From Candidatus Woesearchaeota archaeon (GTDB lineage: Archaea; Nanobdellota; Nanobdellia; Pacearchaeales; GW2011-AR1), in NCBI GenBank assembly GCA_964544395.1, contig CAZJAO010000001.1, positions 41,185-105,184 of the forward strand: a DNA stretch of 64,000 nt, in the 5' to 3' direction. A model generated the notes under the pieces. The model searched no databases, was not told the origin of the DNA, and saw only the letters and a program-made list of their open reading frames with translations. Of this stretch, positions 62,830 to 64,000 are shown one piece after another. Each line of letters begins with the position of its first letter. The stretch's first letter is position 1. Position numbers and translations under genes: made by a program.

Positions 62830-64000
62830 TCAGAAGAATTTTTTATTGCTCTCTTGTTCTTCTCTTTCCATTTTGCTCATGAATTCTTTTATGAATCTCT
62901 GACTTTTTTCTCTGTTTCTGACTTCAGTCAAAGGGAAGTATTCCAAATCACCGCTGGTTTGTTTTTCAGTCTTAACATCAGTAGCTACTCTGTTTCTTAT
63001 CTCCTTGCTTAAAACAATTTCTCCCCTAGATAAAGAAGCTAATCTCTTGGAAACCGAAATGAAATTCCCAAGGCTCATGAACTTTACTCCATTAATCCCC
63101 TGCTTTGCAATTATCATTCCATAATTTACCGAAACACCAAAGATTATTTTTTGCTTTAGCAATCTGTTGTGGTCATCCAAAACTCTTCTTATCTGCTGGG
63201 CACATTCTATAGCTTCTAATTCATTGTTAAGTGCCTTTGTTCTTATAGGAGCGAATATGAAGAAGAAATAACTGCCATTTTCATATACTACTGCTCTTGA
63301 TTCGTCAGCAATAGATTTCAGTCTGTTCATTGTTTCACTTATTCCGCCTTTTCCTGAACGTACTTCTTCAAAGTTCTTTATATTTACAGCAACAATGCTT
63401 GAACCCTGCTTTTCACCCTGAATAGAGGGGGAAAAATCTGCTAGATTTCTGCTGTTTATCATCCTGTTTCTTGAAGATACGGAATTGCCTCTGTCAACTA
63501 CAATTCCATCTCTTAAATGAAATGTCTTGTTTAAATCTATTCTTTTTGAAAATCTTTTCTTATGGGATCTTCTGAAGAAAAAGAATATTACAAAGACAAG
63601 AATTAATAAAATAATGGCCCAGACCCAAGTGTATTGAAATATGCTCAAAACTCCTACAGAAGCCTGCTGGATATTGATTGCGTTTCCGGTCAAAGCCACA
63701 TTCCCGTTAAATAAATTATTTCCGTCCAGACTTAAAACAGAAACTGAATAATTTCCGTCAGGCGCACTCAAGATATATTTCTGACTTTCACCAACACCAA
63801 GAGAAACATTGAAAGGAACAGATTGGTTTCCTAATTCAACCAAAATTTGATTATTATAAGGGACATTGCCAATATTTGTAACCAGAAGTGTTCTGTTAGT
63901 CAAAGTTGCCGATACAACTGCATTTCTAAGGACAAAAAATCCAGATGTTGCACTCAAACCCAAAGAAGATGCAGAGATAGTCCATCCATCAGGAACATCA
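62830..64000 (-). CDS. membrane sensor-like protein (partial; runs off the window) with extracellular N-glycosylation-rich domain, one TM helix and a cytoplasmic degenerate nucleotidyl-cyclase/GGDEF-like palm domain
   Basis: reading frame is open to the window edge (the ORF-track start at 63963 is TTG); TM WVWAIILLILVFVIFFFF; cytoplasmic SIVAVNIKNFEEV...AVVYENGSYFFFIFAP...EAIECAQQIRRVL...IIFGVSVNYGMIIAKQG aligns with class III cyclase/GGDEF palm motifs, but the metal-binding Asp positions appear substituted (K/N). Confidence 0.45.
   Translation of the reverse strand, partial: DVPDGWTISASSLGLSATSGFFVLRNAVVSATLTNRTLLVTNIGNVPYNNQILVELGNQSVPFNVSLGVGESQKYILSAPDGNYSVSVLSLDGNNLFNGNVALTGNAINIQQASVGVLSIFQYTWVWAIILLILVFVIFFFFRRSHKKRFSKRIDLNKTFHLRDGIVVDRGNSVSSRNRMINSRNLADFSPSIQGEKQGSSIVAVNIKNFEEVRSGKGGISETMNRLKSIADESRAVVYENGSYFFFIFAPIRTKALNNELEAIECAQQIRRVLDDHNRLLKQKIIFGVSVNYGMIIAKQGINGVKFMSLGNFISVSKRLASLSRGEIVLSKEIRNRVATDVKTEKQTSGDLEYFPLTEVRNREKSQRFIKEFMSKMEREEQESNKKFF

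Noticed and set aside
1-64000. CRISPR arrays or cas genes
   Set aside because: No regularly spaced direct repeats of 24-40 nt with unique spacers were found. The only tandem repeats are the ~120-bp coding repeats inside the propeller gene, and no Cas-like proteins are present.
1-64000. Alternative genetic code (UAG or UGA reassignment) to explain the in-frame TAG in the Nudix gene and TAA in the coiled-coil ORF
   Set aside because: TAA, TAG and TGA all terminate well-conserved genes at the expected lengths (e.g. metG TAA, rpoL TAG, RadB TAA, Zn-ribbon TGA). The two internal stops are isolated events.

Overview
This 64-kb window looks like a gene-dense, AT-rich archaeal chromosome segment, possibly from a small-genome DPANN-like or low-GC euryarchaeal lineage. 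Lineage is inferred from gene content only. No CRISPR array, integrase or transposase was seen.

Recognisable content:
- Replication and repair: family-B DNA polymerase, RFC small and large subunits with FEN-1 in one cluster, type IA topoisomerase, RadB-like ATPase with a PIP-box protein downstream, Lhr-like helicase, Cdc48, HerA/FtsK-like ATPase.
- Translation: MetRS with a separately encoded tRNA-binding domain, ValRS, both PheRS subunits, aRF1, MetAP2, NAC-alpha, Sec61-beta, Trm5, NOL1/NOP2/Sun methyltransferase, tRNA-Thr(GGU) and tRNA-Lys(CUU).
- Transcription: RpoL, TFS plus a TFS-like zinc-ribbon paralog, MBF1-like protein.
- Other: UMP kinase, dihydroorotate dehydrogenase, MinD, signal peptidase I, HtpX, PEBP, two HIT proteins, three calcineurin-like phosphoesterases, a GT2 glycosyltransferase, two giant N-glycosylation-rich surface proteins, and many small membrane proteins.

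Many genes carry AGGAGG-type ribosome-binding sites. Others look leaderless, with a TATA-like box about 25-30 nt upstream of the start.

Observations not explained by ordinary annotation:
- A roughly 50-nt intergenic motif is present three times, always in the sense of the flanking transcription.
- A conserved hairpin that sequesters the ribosome-binding site occurs twice, with a compensatory A-T insertion between the copies. One copy sits ahead of a HerA-like ATPase; the other sits ahead of a 9-codon upstream ORF before pheS.
- An 81-bp MITE-like element has 14-15-bp inverted repeats and an 11-bp duplication that rebuilt the stop codon of a gene.
- A Nudix gene is interrupted by an in-frame TAG.
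- A membrane protein gene is broken at an A9 tract and continues as a coiled-coil reading frame through an in-frame TAA.
- A compositionally atypical two-gene module (unknown protein plus HerA-like ATPase) flanks PolB.
- A bacterial-type glycine-rich RRM protein is present.
- A membrane protein at the window edge carries a degenerate cyclase/GGDEF-like domain.

The ORF track uses TTG/GTG as start codons; several gene starts were corrected to the likely ATG.
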